A DNA stretch of 64,000 nucleotides from Polyangiales bacterium (GTDB lineage Bacteria > Myxococcota_A > Polyangia > Polyangiales > Ga0077539): NCBI GenBank assembly GCA_044229975.1, contig JBGARZ010000003.1, positions 576,001-640,000 on the forward strand, in the 5' to 3' direction. A program made the translations under genes and the position numbers. A model generated the notes under the pieces. That model saw nothing but the letters and a program-made list of their open reading frames with translations. It did no database searches and had not been told where the DNA came from. This document shows, piece by piece, positions 21,693 through 29,794 of this stretch (its first letter is position 1; each line of letters starts with the position of its first letter).

Positions 21693-22582
21693 CCGCCGCG
21701 CCGCAGACGATGCTCATGGGCTGGATCGGCCTGCTGATGTTTCCGCTGGGCTTCGCAGCGGCCATCTACGTGACGCTGACCTTCCCCGACAGCCCGCTGC
21801 ACCAGGCGTACTCCCGCTACGCCAAGCACATCGACGTCGAGCTGCGGTCGATGTTCATCCAGAACCCCACCGGCAAGCAGGTCACCAACTGGCAGCTCGG
21901 CATCATCGCCGCGCTCCTGCTCTTCGAGCCGGCCCACCTCGCCATCATGGGCGTCGCGTCGGGCATCCCCGTCGCGCTCGTCGGCGTCCCCATCACCGCC
22001 ATCGCGCCGAAGATCTGGATCAGCGACGCCCGCGCCAAGCGGCAGCTCGCCATCGAGGCCCAGCTCGACACCTTCCTCCTCGCGCTCGCCAACGCACTCA
22101 AGGCGTCGCCCTCGCTCGGCGATGCGCTCGGCGCCTGCGCCATCCTCATGCGCGCGCCGATGAAGCAGGAGCTGGAGCTCACCATGAAGGAGAACCAGCT
22201 CGGCATGCCCCTCGACACCGCGCTGCTCAACATGGCGACGCGCGTCGGCACCCGCGCGTTCTCGGGCGCGCTCACCACGGTGCTCATCGGGCGGCAGACC
22301 GGCGGTGACCTCCCGAAGATCCTCGAGACGAGCGCCTCGACGCTGCGCGAGATGGCGCGCCTCGAAGGCGTCGTGCGCACCAAGACCGCCGAGGGTCGCG
22401 CGCAGGCGTGGGTGCTCGGGGTGATTCCCCCGATGCTCGTGCTGCTCCTCAACTGGATGGACCCGGAGTGGCTGCGGCCGCTCTCCACCAACTTCATCGG
22501 CTACATCATCTCCAGCATCGCGGTGATCTTCTGGGTGGCGGCCGTGTTCGCCGCGCGGAAGATCCTCGCGGTGGACATCTGA
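21689..22582 (+). CDS. tadB: TadB inner-membrane platform protein
   Basis: T2SSF-like RQTGGDL...TAEGRAQAW. Confidence 0.9.
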   Translation: MTAAPQTMLMGWIGLLMFPLGFAAAIYVTLTFPDSPLHQAYSRYAKHIDVELRSMFIQNPTGKQVTNWQLGIIAALLLFEPAHLAIMGVASGIPVALVGVPITAIAPKIWISDARAKRQLAIEAQLDTFLLALANALKASPSLGDALGACAILMRAPMKQELELTMKENQLGMPLDTALLNMATRVGTRAFSGALTTVLIGRQTGGDLPKILETSASTLREMARLEGVVRTKTAEGRAQAWVLGVIPPMLVLLLNWMDPEWLRPLSTNFIGYIISSIAVIFWVAAVFAARKILAVDI

Positions 22583-22604
22583 GCGCGAAGGGACGCGAGA
22601 CGCG

Positions 22605-23513
22605 ATGACTCCCTCCACAGAACTCCTCGGCTTCGTCGCCCTCGGGCTGCTCGCCCTGGCCGTCGCGACGGTGATCTACCAGTTCGCGCTCACCCCGGCC
22701 GACCTCCAGCCCGACGTCGGACAGAAGGGACTGAAGCGCAAAGCCGTGCTCGAAGAGGAGGGCCTCTTCAACACCATCGAGCCGCTCATGCGCTGGCTCG
22801 CGCGGCGCATCGCGGGCCTCCCCCTCGACGAGACCCGCGACCGCATCAACACCCAGCTCCGTCAGTCGGGCGAGTACCTCGGGCTCACCGCCGACGAGTA
22901 CCTCGCGCTGTGCGTGCTGTCAGCGCTCGGGATGCTCGTGTCGGGCCTCGTCATCGACAAGCTCTCCAACATCGGCGGCATCGTGGTGCTGATGTTCGTG
23001 GGCTTCGGATCGATCCTCCCGCACATGCAGGTGTCGGGTGAGATCGAGCGGCGCTTCAAGCAGGTCAACCGCGGATTGCCGGGCGCCATCGACCTCGTGG
23101 CCCTCACCATGAGCGCGGGCCTCGACTTCCCCGGCGCGCTCCGACAGGTGACCGAGAAGACCGCCGACAAGAGCGACGCCCTCTACGAAGAGCTCACCCG
23201 CATCCTCCAGGAGCTGGAGCTCGGTCGCACCCGCAAGCAGGCGCTCTTGTCGTTCGCGGAGCGCAGCCCGACCGAGTCGGTGCGCGACTTCGTCTCGGCG
23301 GTGGTGCAGGCCGAGGAGAAGGGCAACCCGTTGGCCGAGGTGCTCCAGATCCAGGCGACGATGCTCCGCATGCGGCGCAGCATCGCGGCGGAGGAGAGCG
23401 CCGCGCGCGCGGGCGTGCTGATGATGGGCCCGCTCCTGCTCATCTTCTGCACCATCATGATGATCATCCTCGGGCCGTTCGCGGTGAACATCGCGGCCGG
23501 CAAGGGAATCTGA
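22605..23513 (+). CDS. tadC: TadC inner-membrane platform protein
   Basis: LPGAIDL...AGLDF...VQAEEKGNPLAEVL...AEESAARA. Confidence 0.9.
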   Translation: MTPSTELLGFVALGLLALAVATVIYQFALTPADLQPDVGQKGLKRKAVLEEEGLFNTIEPLMRWLARRIAGLPLDETRDRINTQLRQSGEYLGLTADEYLALCVLSALGMLVSGLVIDKLSNIGGIVVLMFVGFGSILPHMQVSGEIERRFKQVNRGLPGAIDLVALTMSAGLDFPGALRQVTEKTADKSDALYEELTRILQELELGRTRKQALLSFAERSPTESVRDFVSAVVQAEEKGNPLAEVLQIQATMLRMRRSIAAEESAARAGVLMMGPLLLIFCTIMMIILGPFAVNIAAGKGI

Positions 23514-23527
23514 AAGGCTCCGCCGCG

Positions 23528-24421
23528 ATGGCCACCCCGCAGCTCGACGTCTACCTCCCCGACGGCTCGGTGCAGTCGTACCCCCTCACCGAAGAGCGCG
23601 TGGTGGTGGGCACCGCCTCGCGCTGCCTCGTGGTCATCGATCGCCCTGAGGTGGCCCCCGAGCACCTGCTGCTCTCGGCGCGCCCCGACGGCTGCTGGGT
23701 GGCCGTAGCGCGCGGCGTGACGACGCCGACGCTGCTCGACGGCGAGCCCTTCGAGCGCGGCGTGGTGGCGTGGGGACGAGCGCTCACCATCGGCCCGGTG
23801 CGCCTCGGCCTCAACGACGGCACCAAGGTCATCAAGAAGACGGGCAAGGACGGCGAGAAGAAGGAAGAGAAGGTCTCGCCGGTGCTGCTCATCGCGGCGG
23901 CGATCATCATTCCGTTCGCGTTGTACTCGTCGTTCAGCAACAGCAACAACGCGCCGCCCGCGCGCATCGGGACGCAGGCACCGGCGCTGTTCGATGATCC
24001 GCTGGTGCGGCCGTGCACGGCGACCGACCCGACGCTCAACCGCCAGTCGGCCGAGGAGAGCACGCGCGTGGCGCTGTCGAAGGCCGAGCGCATGCCGTTC
24101 CGCATGCAGGATGGCGTGGAGTCGGTGCTGTATTACACGCAGGCCGCGAGCTGCTACACGGCGGCGGGAGACGCGGCGTCGGCCGACCAGGCGTCGCGGC
24201 GGGCGGCGTCGATCAAGAACCGCCTGGAAGATGAGTACCGGGCGCATCGGTTCCGGTTGGAACGCGCGCTGGAGCAGTCGCGGACGGAAGACGCGCTGTT
24301 CGAGGTGCGGATGATCAAGGCGATGGTGAGCCACCGGCGCGGGCCGTATCAGGACGCGCTCGTGGCGCTGGAGCGGCAGCTCACGCTCCGGCTCGACCAG
24401 GCGCAGGCGGCGCAGCGCTGA
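23528..24421 (+). CDS. FHA-like domain, TM segment and helical periplasmic region
   Basis: Degenerate FHA (VVGT..C.V..PEVAPEH), single TM; last gene of the Tad operon. Confidence 0.7.
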   Translation: MATPQLDVYLPDGSVQSYPLTEERVVVGTASRCLVVIDRPEVAPEHLLLSARPDGCWVAVARGVTTPTLLDGEPFERGVVAWGRALTIGPVRLGLNDGTKVIKKTGKDGEKKEEKVSPVLLIAAAIIIPFALYSSFSNSNNAPPARIGTQAPALFDDPLVRPCTATDPTLNRQSAEESTRVALSKAERMPFRMQDGVESVLYYTQAASCYTAAGDAASADQASRRAASIKNRLEDEYRAHRFRLERALEQSRTEDALFEVRMIKAMVSHRRGPYQDALVALERQLTLRLDQAQAAQR

Positions 24422-24431
24422 CGGGGTTGAG

Positions 24432-24648
24432 GGCTGGGGTTCGGGCGTCGGCCCTCACCCCAGGCAATAACAAGCAGGCGCCCCGGACATCGTCCGGGGC
24501 TTACGAACGGGAACTCGTTCGACCTGGGGATTGCGGTCGCGACTCTCTGCCAGAGGGTCCGTCGAGCTCCGGTCCGAAAGCCCCGGACAATGTCCGGGGC
24601 GCCTGCTTGTTATTGCCTGGGGTGAGGGCCAACGCCCGAACCCCAGCC
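24432..24648. repeat. 217-bp palindromic element with 71-bp inverted arms (REPIN/MITE-like)
   Basis: 24432-24502 is the reverse complement of 24578-24648 at 69/71 positions; each arm holds its own hairpin gccccggaca-N-tgtccggggc (one mismatch in the left arm). Confidence 0.92.
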
Positions 24649-24664
24649 ACGGACGCGAAGTGGT

Positions 24665-24868
24665 GACCGCAACGCTTGCGACGCCCCACTCGGGCGCCTG
24701 GATGGCGGTTGCAACCGTTGCAACGCCCGCCAAGGCGGCCTGGAAGGCGTCGCAACGGTTGTAAGCCCCGACAAGGCCGGGGAGTGGGCGCTTGCAACGG
24801 TTGCAACGGCCGACAAGGCGGCCTGGAGGGCGCTGCAACGGTTGTAATGGCCGCCAAGGCCGAGGAGT
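24665..24868. repeat. Five-unit 41/42-bp tandem array with palindromic core GCAAC-NN-TTGYRA
   Basis: GCAAC cores start at 24669, 24711, 24752, 24794 and 24835 (spacing 42, 41, 42, 41). Confidence 0.88.
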
Positions 24869-25567
24869 TCAGCCGACGGGCGGGGGATCGACGGGCGGGG
24901 GCTCCGGGACGTCGTCAGACACCCCGACAGCGCGGTGCTGCTGGGCGAGGTCGTCGAAGACGAGCGGGAGCAGCTCCAGCCGATTGGCGTGGCGGAGCAC
25001 ACCGGTGATGAGCGCCTTGTTGGCGGTGTACACGGCGAGCCAGTCTTCGCGCGCGTCGACGATCTCGGGGCGGAGCATCGCGGCGTCGACCTTCTTGCTG
25101 CGCGACTCGGCTTCGAGCGCCGTGAGGGCGACAGCGTGGGCGCGAAACTCCGCGAGCCACTCCTGGTGGTTGGGCAGGGCGGCTCCGTGATGCTCGATGC
25201 GCGCGGCGACGTGCTTCACGAGCGCGATGAGCTTGAGCAGACGGCGGCGCGCGGCGACGGAGGGAACCTCGCGCTCGAAGAAGCTCGCGAGCGGAACGGG
25301 CGCTCCTTTGACGGACTCGACGTACTTGCCGAAGCGGACGACCGAGTCGCGCGCGTCGGCGACGGGGTCGCCGCCGGTCGCGGTGGGCGCAGGCTGGCGG
25401 TCGAGCACGAGCTTCATGGCGGCGTCGGCCGTCGCCTGCGAGGTGCCGGCGAACTTCACGGCGCCGTCGAGCGCGGGGACGAGCCCGAGGCAGACGGCGT
25501 CGAACTGCTCGCGCGCGAAGGCGCCGTAGATCTGGGTCTCCCGCGGGTCGATGTACGAATCACTCAT
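24869..25567 (-). CDS. Uncharacterised alpha-helical protein (232 aa) directly upstream of the array
   Basis: MSDSYIDPRETQIYG...; AAGGAG RBS; GC3 bias; Pro-rich C-terminus. Confidence 0.8.
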   Translation of the reverse strand: MSDSYIDPRETQIYGAFAREQFDAVCLGLVPALDGAVKFAGTSQATADAAMKLVLDRQPAPTATGGDPVADARDSVVRFGKYVESVKGAPVPLASFFEREVPSVAARRRLLKLIALVKHVAARIEHHGAALPNHQEWLAEFRAHAVALTALEAESRSKKVDAAMLRPEIVDAREDWLAVYTANKALITGVLRHANRLELLPLVFDDLAQQHRAVGVSDDVPEPPPVDPPPVG

Positions 25568-25668
25568 GGGCGTTGCTCCTTCGGGCGAGGGGCGTCGCGG
25601 GTGATCCGCAGCGCCGATTGCCGCGGAGGGTTCATCGGTCGGAGTGACGGGCGGCTGAAGGGGCGCCG

Positions 25669-25684
25669 AACATTTCGAGTGCCA
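25669..25684 (-). promoter_or_regulatory. Possible sigma-54-like promoter for the helical gene
   Basis: Minus strand TGGCACTCGAAATGTT (GG-N10-GT, imperfect -12). Confidence 0.3.
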
Positions 25685-25780
25685 CTCTTCAACGGCTGGG
25701 TGGCTATCGAGGAGAAGCGCAGGATATCGTCCCGTCACTTTGTGCGGCATCGAGTAGCGGTGCCGGGAGAGACGACGACG

Positions 25781-26941
25781 ATGATCACGCGAACGATCCC
25801 GGCCCTGTGGGCGTGTCTGCTGCTCGGCTGCTCCGATGGGGCCACGACGCCGACGCCGGGCGACGCCGGTGTCCAACCGGACGACGCGGCGGTCGCCGTC
25901 GACGTGGGCGGTGGGCCCGAAGACTCGGGGTGCGTGGAGTCCGACACCGAGTTCTGCACGCGGGTGTCCGCGGTCTGCGGGAGCGTCGCGGCGCCGGATG
26001 CGTGCGGCCGGTCGCGAGTCGTCACCTGCGGCCAATGCACCGAGTCGAAGGTGTGCAGCTCGACGTTTCAGTGCGTCTCGGTCGTCCGCTGGCAACGCAC
26101 GGGTGGGGGCCTCTCGTTCGTCTCCTACGAGGGTGTGGTGGGGTCGGGCGCGAACACCTTCGCGCTCCAGGGCAACGGCACGCTGGAGCGACTCGGCCCG
26201 ATGCTGACCGACCGGACCCGCGCCGCGATGTTGCCGCCCGAGAGCAACGGGTTGTTCGGTCGCGGATCGACCTTCTACGCGTTCGGGTACGGCTACGTCA
26301 CCCGCTACACCGGGATGACTGCCTCGCGGGTGGGCAACATCGTGGGGGAGGTAAAGGCTCTCAACGGGAGCGGCACCGAAGACCTGTGGGCCGCGATGCT
26401 GACGGGCGGCTTGCGCCATTGGGACGGCACTGCCTGGTCCTACAACAGCGACATCGACCTCCCCGGCGGCGCCAACTCCGACGTCCGCGGGCTCTACAGC
26501 TTCAGCGCCTCCGACGCCTGGGCGGTGGGCACCAACAGCGGGGCGTTTCACTGGGACGGCACCGCGTGGGTGCGCACGCCGACGGGGCTCGACAGCGTCA
26601 CGCTGCTCGGCGTGTGGGGCAGCGCGCCCGGCGACGTCTGGGCGGTCGGTGGCATCAGCGTCCTCAGCCGAACGCAGGGCTACCTGATCCGCTATCGGAG
26701 CGGCCGGTGGTCGCGGTCCGAGGTTCCCTCCATCACGGCCGTGCGAGCGATCCACGGCCTCTCGGCGTCCGACGTCTGGGCCGTCGGCGACGATGGGCTC
26801 ATCCTCCATTTCAACGGCACGCGTTGGGAAAACCAGTCGATTGCGGGCACGACCGAAGACTTCTACGGCGTCTGGGCGCAGGCCGCCGACGACGTCTGGG
26901 CCGTCGGCTCCGGCGGCATCATCGCGCACTACGGCCTGTAG
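25781..26941 (+). CDS. Lipoprotein with Cys-rich region and DVWAVG beta-propeller repeats
   Basis: LLLGC lipobox; repeated DAWAVG/DVWAVG...H(W/F)(D/N)GT.W units. Confidence 0.85.
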   Translation: MITRTIPALWACLLLGCSDGATTPTPGDAGVQPDDAAVAVDVGGGPEDSGCVESDTEFCTRVSAVCGSVAAPDACGRSRVVTCGQCTESKVCSSTFQCVSVVRWQRTGGGLSFVSYEGVVGSGANTFALQGNGTLERLGPMLTDRTRAAMLPPESNGLFGRGSTFYAFGYGYVTRYTGMTASRVGNIVGEVKALNGSGTEDLWAAMLTGGLRHWDGTAWSYNSDIDLPGGANSDVRGLYSFSASDAWAVGTNSGAFHWDGTAWVRTPTGLDSVTLLGVWGSAPGDVWAVGGISVLSRTQGYLIRYRSGRWSRSEVPSITAVRAIHGLSASDVWAVGDDGLILHFNGTRWENQSIAGTTEDFYGVWAQAADDVWAVGSGGIIAHYGL

Positions 26942-26958
26942 CGAGGGGCCGACTCCGC

Positions 26959-28074
26959 TCAGCGCGGGCTGCTCGCGCAGCGGAACCCGATGTGGACGCC
27001 GTCACTCCAGTCGTAGTTCGCGATCCGCGAGCTCCCATGGACCTCGGTGGCGCGAACGTCTCGCCAAGAGCCGCCACGGATCGTGCGTTGGACCCTGTCA
27101 CCAGTGTTGCCGACGATGCAGAGGGGATTTCGTCGGCGGAAGGCACCGCCCCAGCAGTCGACACCGTAGACGCTGAACTCGTCGGCGGCCCACTCCGCGG
27201 CGCCTCCGACCAGGTCGTAGAACCCGCGCGAGGCGGGATAGGCGCCCGCGCTGCACGGTGACGTCCGTCTGGTCGGGGTGCTCCAGCAGAGCTGTGAGCC
27301 GGGCGGCTCTTCTCCCCATGGATAGGACAGGCTCGCGCCTGCCGTGGCTGCCAGCTCCAACTCCGCCTCGGTGGGCAGGCGCCCACCGTCCCAGACGCAA
27401 AACGCCTGAGACAGCGCCCACCCGAGTGAGTTCATGGCGTAGTCCTCGTGAGACCCCGGCGTGGTCGACCAACCAGCGCTCCGTCCGGGGTCGTGGACGC
27501 TGCCGCGGTACGGCAGCTCGACTCCCCCCGGGTAGTGGACGACTGGTCCTGGCGCCGGGTGCCCCGCGTCCCAGAACCGCCGAAACCGCGCGACCGTCAC
27601 CTCGTGAGTGTCGAGGTAGTAGTCGCTGACGCTGATGCGATCGAGGGCGGGCGATGCACCGTAGGCCAGGCTTTCACGCCCCATCGAAAAGGTTCCGCCG
27701 ACGACGCGCAACCGCCCGCACCCGACGACTGGCGTTGGCTCACAGCTCCGCTGCGACGACGGGTCACGCGCTGCGCAGGCGCCACCACCGCACGCTTCAC
27801 CCGCGTCGCAGGTCCGACCGCAGGCGCCGCAGTTGGCGCCGTCAGTCATGAGGTCGACGCACGCGTCGGCGCACGACGTGAGCCCAGTTGAGCAGGACGC
27901 CGCGTCAGTGCTTCCCGCATCCGTGGCCCCGTCGTTGAGAGTTATCGCGGACCCTTGGTCATCGCGCACTCCGTCCGTGACGCCTGGCACGTCCATTGAC
28001 GGACGAGTGTCAGACGCGCAGCCGACGAACATCGTGAGGACGGTCGACGCGCACCCCACTACGGCAACCTTCAT
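26959..28074 (-). CDS. FGE-sulfatase (SUMF1/C-type-lectin fold) lipoprotein; start uncertain
   Basis: HEVTV, CVWDGGRLPTEAE, YPWG, RGGSW, IGFRC; MFVGC lipobox. Confidence 0.88.
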   Translation of the reverse strand: MKVAVVGCASTVLTMFVGCASDTRPSMDVPGVTDGVRDDQGSAITLNDGATDAGSTDAASCSTGLTSCADACVDLMTDGANCGACGRTCDAGEACGGGACAARDPSSQRSCEPTPVVGCGRLRVVGGTFSMGRESLAYGASPALDRISVSDYYLDTHEVTVARFRRFWDAGHPAPGPVVHYPGGVELPYRGSVHDPGRSAGWSTTPGSHEDYAMNSLGWALSQAFCVWDGGRLPTEAELELAATAGASLSYPWGEEPPGSQLCWSTPTRRTSPCSAGAYPASRGFYDLVGGAAEWAADEFSVYGVDCWGGAFRRRNPLCIVGNTGDRVQRTIRGGSWRDVRATEVHGSSRIANYDWSDGVHIGFRCASSPR

Positions 28075-28176
28075 GGCGTCCACGGTAGCCTCCATTGGTC
28101 CAACACCACCAGTGCCTGCTGCCGCGCGTCTCCGAAGGCGCTCGAACACTTCCAGTACAACGCCGACTTCGAGTCT

Positions 28177-28839
28177 TCAGCCGCCCAGCTTCGCGAGGAG
28201 AGCGCGCAGGCGCGCCACCTCGGCCTCGGCGCTCTCGGCGCGCTCCGCCGCCGTAGGCACGAGCGACTCACCCCGCGCACCGGTGGCGAGCCGCAGCCGC
28301 GGTTGCCCCTGCTCGTTCACTGCGCGCAGCCAACAGCCCAACGAGCGGGACGCCACGCGGTCACCCAGGGAGGTCTCCACGCGCACCATCCGCCCACGCA
28401 CCCGCCGCCAGACCTGCCAGCGCATCCGCTTGCGCGAGCGCGCCGTGGCCCACGGGTCGAACACCACCAGCTCCCGCGCCCCCATGGCCTCGTAGTCGGG
28501 CGGCGCGGCCTCGTAGTCCTTCTTCCAGTCCTCGCCGACGACCTCCAACGCGAAGCTCGGCGCGTGGCCCTCCCACACCTTCCACGAGCTCACCGCGGGG
28601 ACGTCCTGCGCCACCCCGTCGACCACGTAGACGTCGGGCGCGCGGTGCACCCCGGCGTCTCCAGGCACCCAGTAGAAGAACTGGTCGGCCCCCGCGTGCG
28701 CCACCCTCCCCTGCGAGGCCAGCCATTGCGCCAGCAGCGGGCGCAACAGCTCCGCGATGAGGCGCTGGAGTTCGTGCTCCGCGGTGTCATCGCTCTCTGG
28801 GTAGCGGACCGCGTCCCACCGCTTCGCCGCCGCGACCAT
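28177..28839 (-). CDS. Uma2/DUF820-family PD-(D/E)XK endonuclease-fold protein
   Basis: E...H, APDVYVV, PSFALEVV, DY, ELVVFDP; ERAE coiled tail. Confidence 0.88.
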   Translation of the reverse strand: MVAAAKRWDAVRYPESDDTAEHELQRLIAELLRPLLAQWLASQGRVAHAGADQFFYWVPGDAGVHRAPDVYVVDGVAQDVPAVSSWKVWEGHAPSFALEVVGEDWKKDYEAAPPDYEAMGARELVVFDPWATARSRKRMRWQVWRRVRGRMVRVETSLGDRVASRSLGCWLRAVNEQGQPRLRLATGARGESLVPTAAERAESAEAEVARLRALLAKLGG

Positions 28840-28903
28840 GACTCCCGATGTATCACACGGCGCCCGGACCGACGACGGCGCGGTGGTAGAGTCGGCGGCG
28901 CCA

Positions 28904-29320
28904 ATGCCGCAACGGGATGCATTTCATCAAGCGGTCAAGGACGCCCTCGAACGTGATGGCTGGGTGGTGACGCACGACCCGCTTGCCCTGCGCTTTGGAT
29001 CGCGCCGACTCTTTGTCGACCTCGGCGCCGAGGCACCCATGGCGGCCGAGAAGGGTGGGCGCAAGATCGCGGTGGAGGTGAAGAGCTTCCTCGGGGAGTC
29101 CGAGATGAGGGAGCTCGAACAGGCGCTCGGCCAGTACGCGCTCTACCGTTTCGTCCTCGATCGCGACGACCCGGACCGGGCGCTGTTTCTTGCGGTCGCC
29201 GGAGCGACATACCAGCGCCTGTTCGACGACGCGGACGGGCGTGACCTGGTGGCTGCGCAGGGCGTGAAGCTGCTGGTCTTCGACGTCGAGAAGGGATTGG
29301 TCACCCGATGGATCGAGTGA
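28904..29320 (+). CDS. xisH: XisH-family protein
   Basis: MPQRDAFHQAVKDALERDGW.VTHDP...DLGAE...KIAVEVKSF...ALGQY. Confidence 0.9.
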   Translation: MPQRDAFHQAVKDALERDGWVVTHDPLALRFGSRRLFVDLGAEAPMAAEKGGRKIAVEVKSFLGESEMRELEQALGQYALYRFVLDRDDPDRALFLAVAGATYQRLFDDADGRDLVAAQGVKLLVFDVEKGLVTRWIE

Positions 29321-29643
29321 ACGAATGGCGCGCGCTCATCAAGGAGATCATCCGTGAGTACGCGGTGGTCGACCCGTCGAACAGTGACGTCACCGTGGAG
29401 ACGGTGTTCGACGACGAGCACGGGCACTACGAGCTGGTGCACGTCGGCTGGGAGGCCGGGAGGCGCGTGCACGGGGCGGTGATCCACGTCGACATCCGCG
29501 ACGGGCGGATCTGGGTACAGCACGATGGTACGGAGGAGGGCATCACGACGCGGTTGCTCGCCGCGGGCGTCACGCCGGGGGAGATCGTGATGGGGTTTCA
29601 CCCGCCGACGCAGCGTCACCTGACGCGCTACGCGACGGGGTGA
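29308..29643 (+). CDS. xisI: XisI-family protein
   Basis: HY.LV.VGW....RVHG..IHVDI.DG.IWVQHDGTE.GI...L...GV...IV.GF; 13-nt overlap with xisH. Confidence 0.9.
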   Translation: MDRVNEWRALIKEIIREYAVVDPSNSDVTVETVFDDEHGHYELVHVGWEAGRRVHGAVIHVDIRDGRIWVQHDGTEEGITTRLLAAGVTPGEIVMGFHPPTQRHLTRYATG

Positions 29644-29794
29644 ACGACTGCGCGGGAAGGTCGATGGGTTGAGGTGTGGGAGCGCCCGCTCACCTCGGCC
29701 CAACGCGCCTCACCGTCGCGCAGCGACGGGGCGACCGCGACGCTTCGGTCGATCGTCGGCCGTGGTCACCCGTCGATGAAGACCGTCGATGCCG

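Noticed and set aside
24665..24868. CRISPR array
   Set aside because: The repeats are degenerate, the intervening sequences resemble each other rather than being unique spacers, the period is only 41-42 bp, and no cas genes are present.
24427..25008. Short ORFs across the palindrome and array
   Set aside because: They mirror each other because of the inverted repeat, and the 41/42 spacing is not frame-preserving.
25568..26929. N-terminal 454 aa of the 686-aa minus ORF
   Set aside because: Antisense to the propeller lipoprotein; the real start with an RBS is at 25567.
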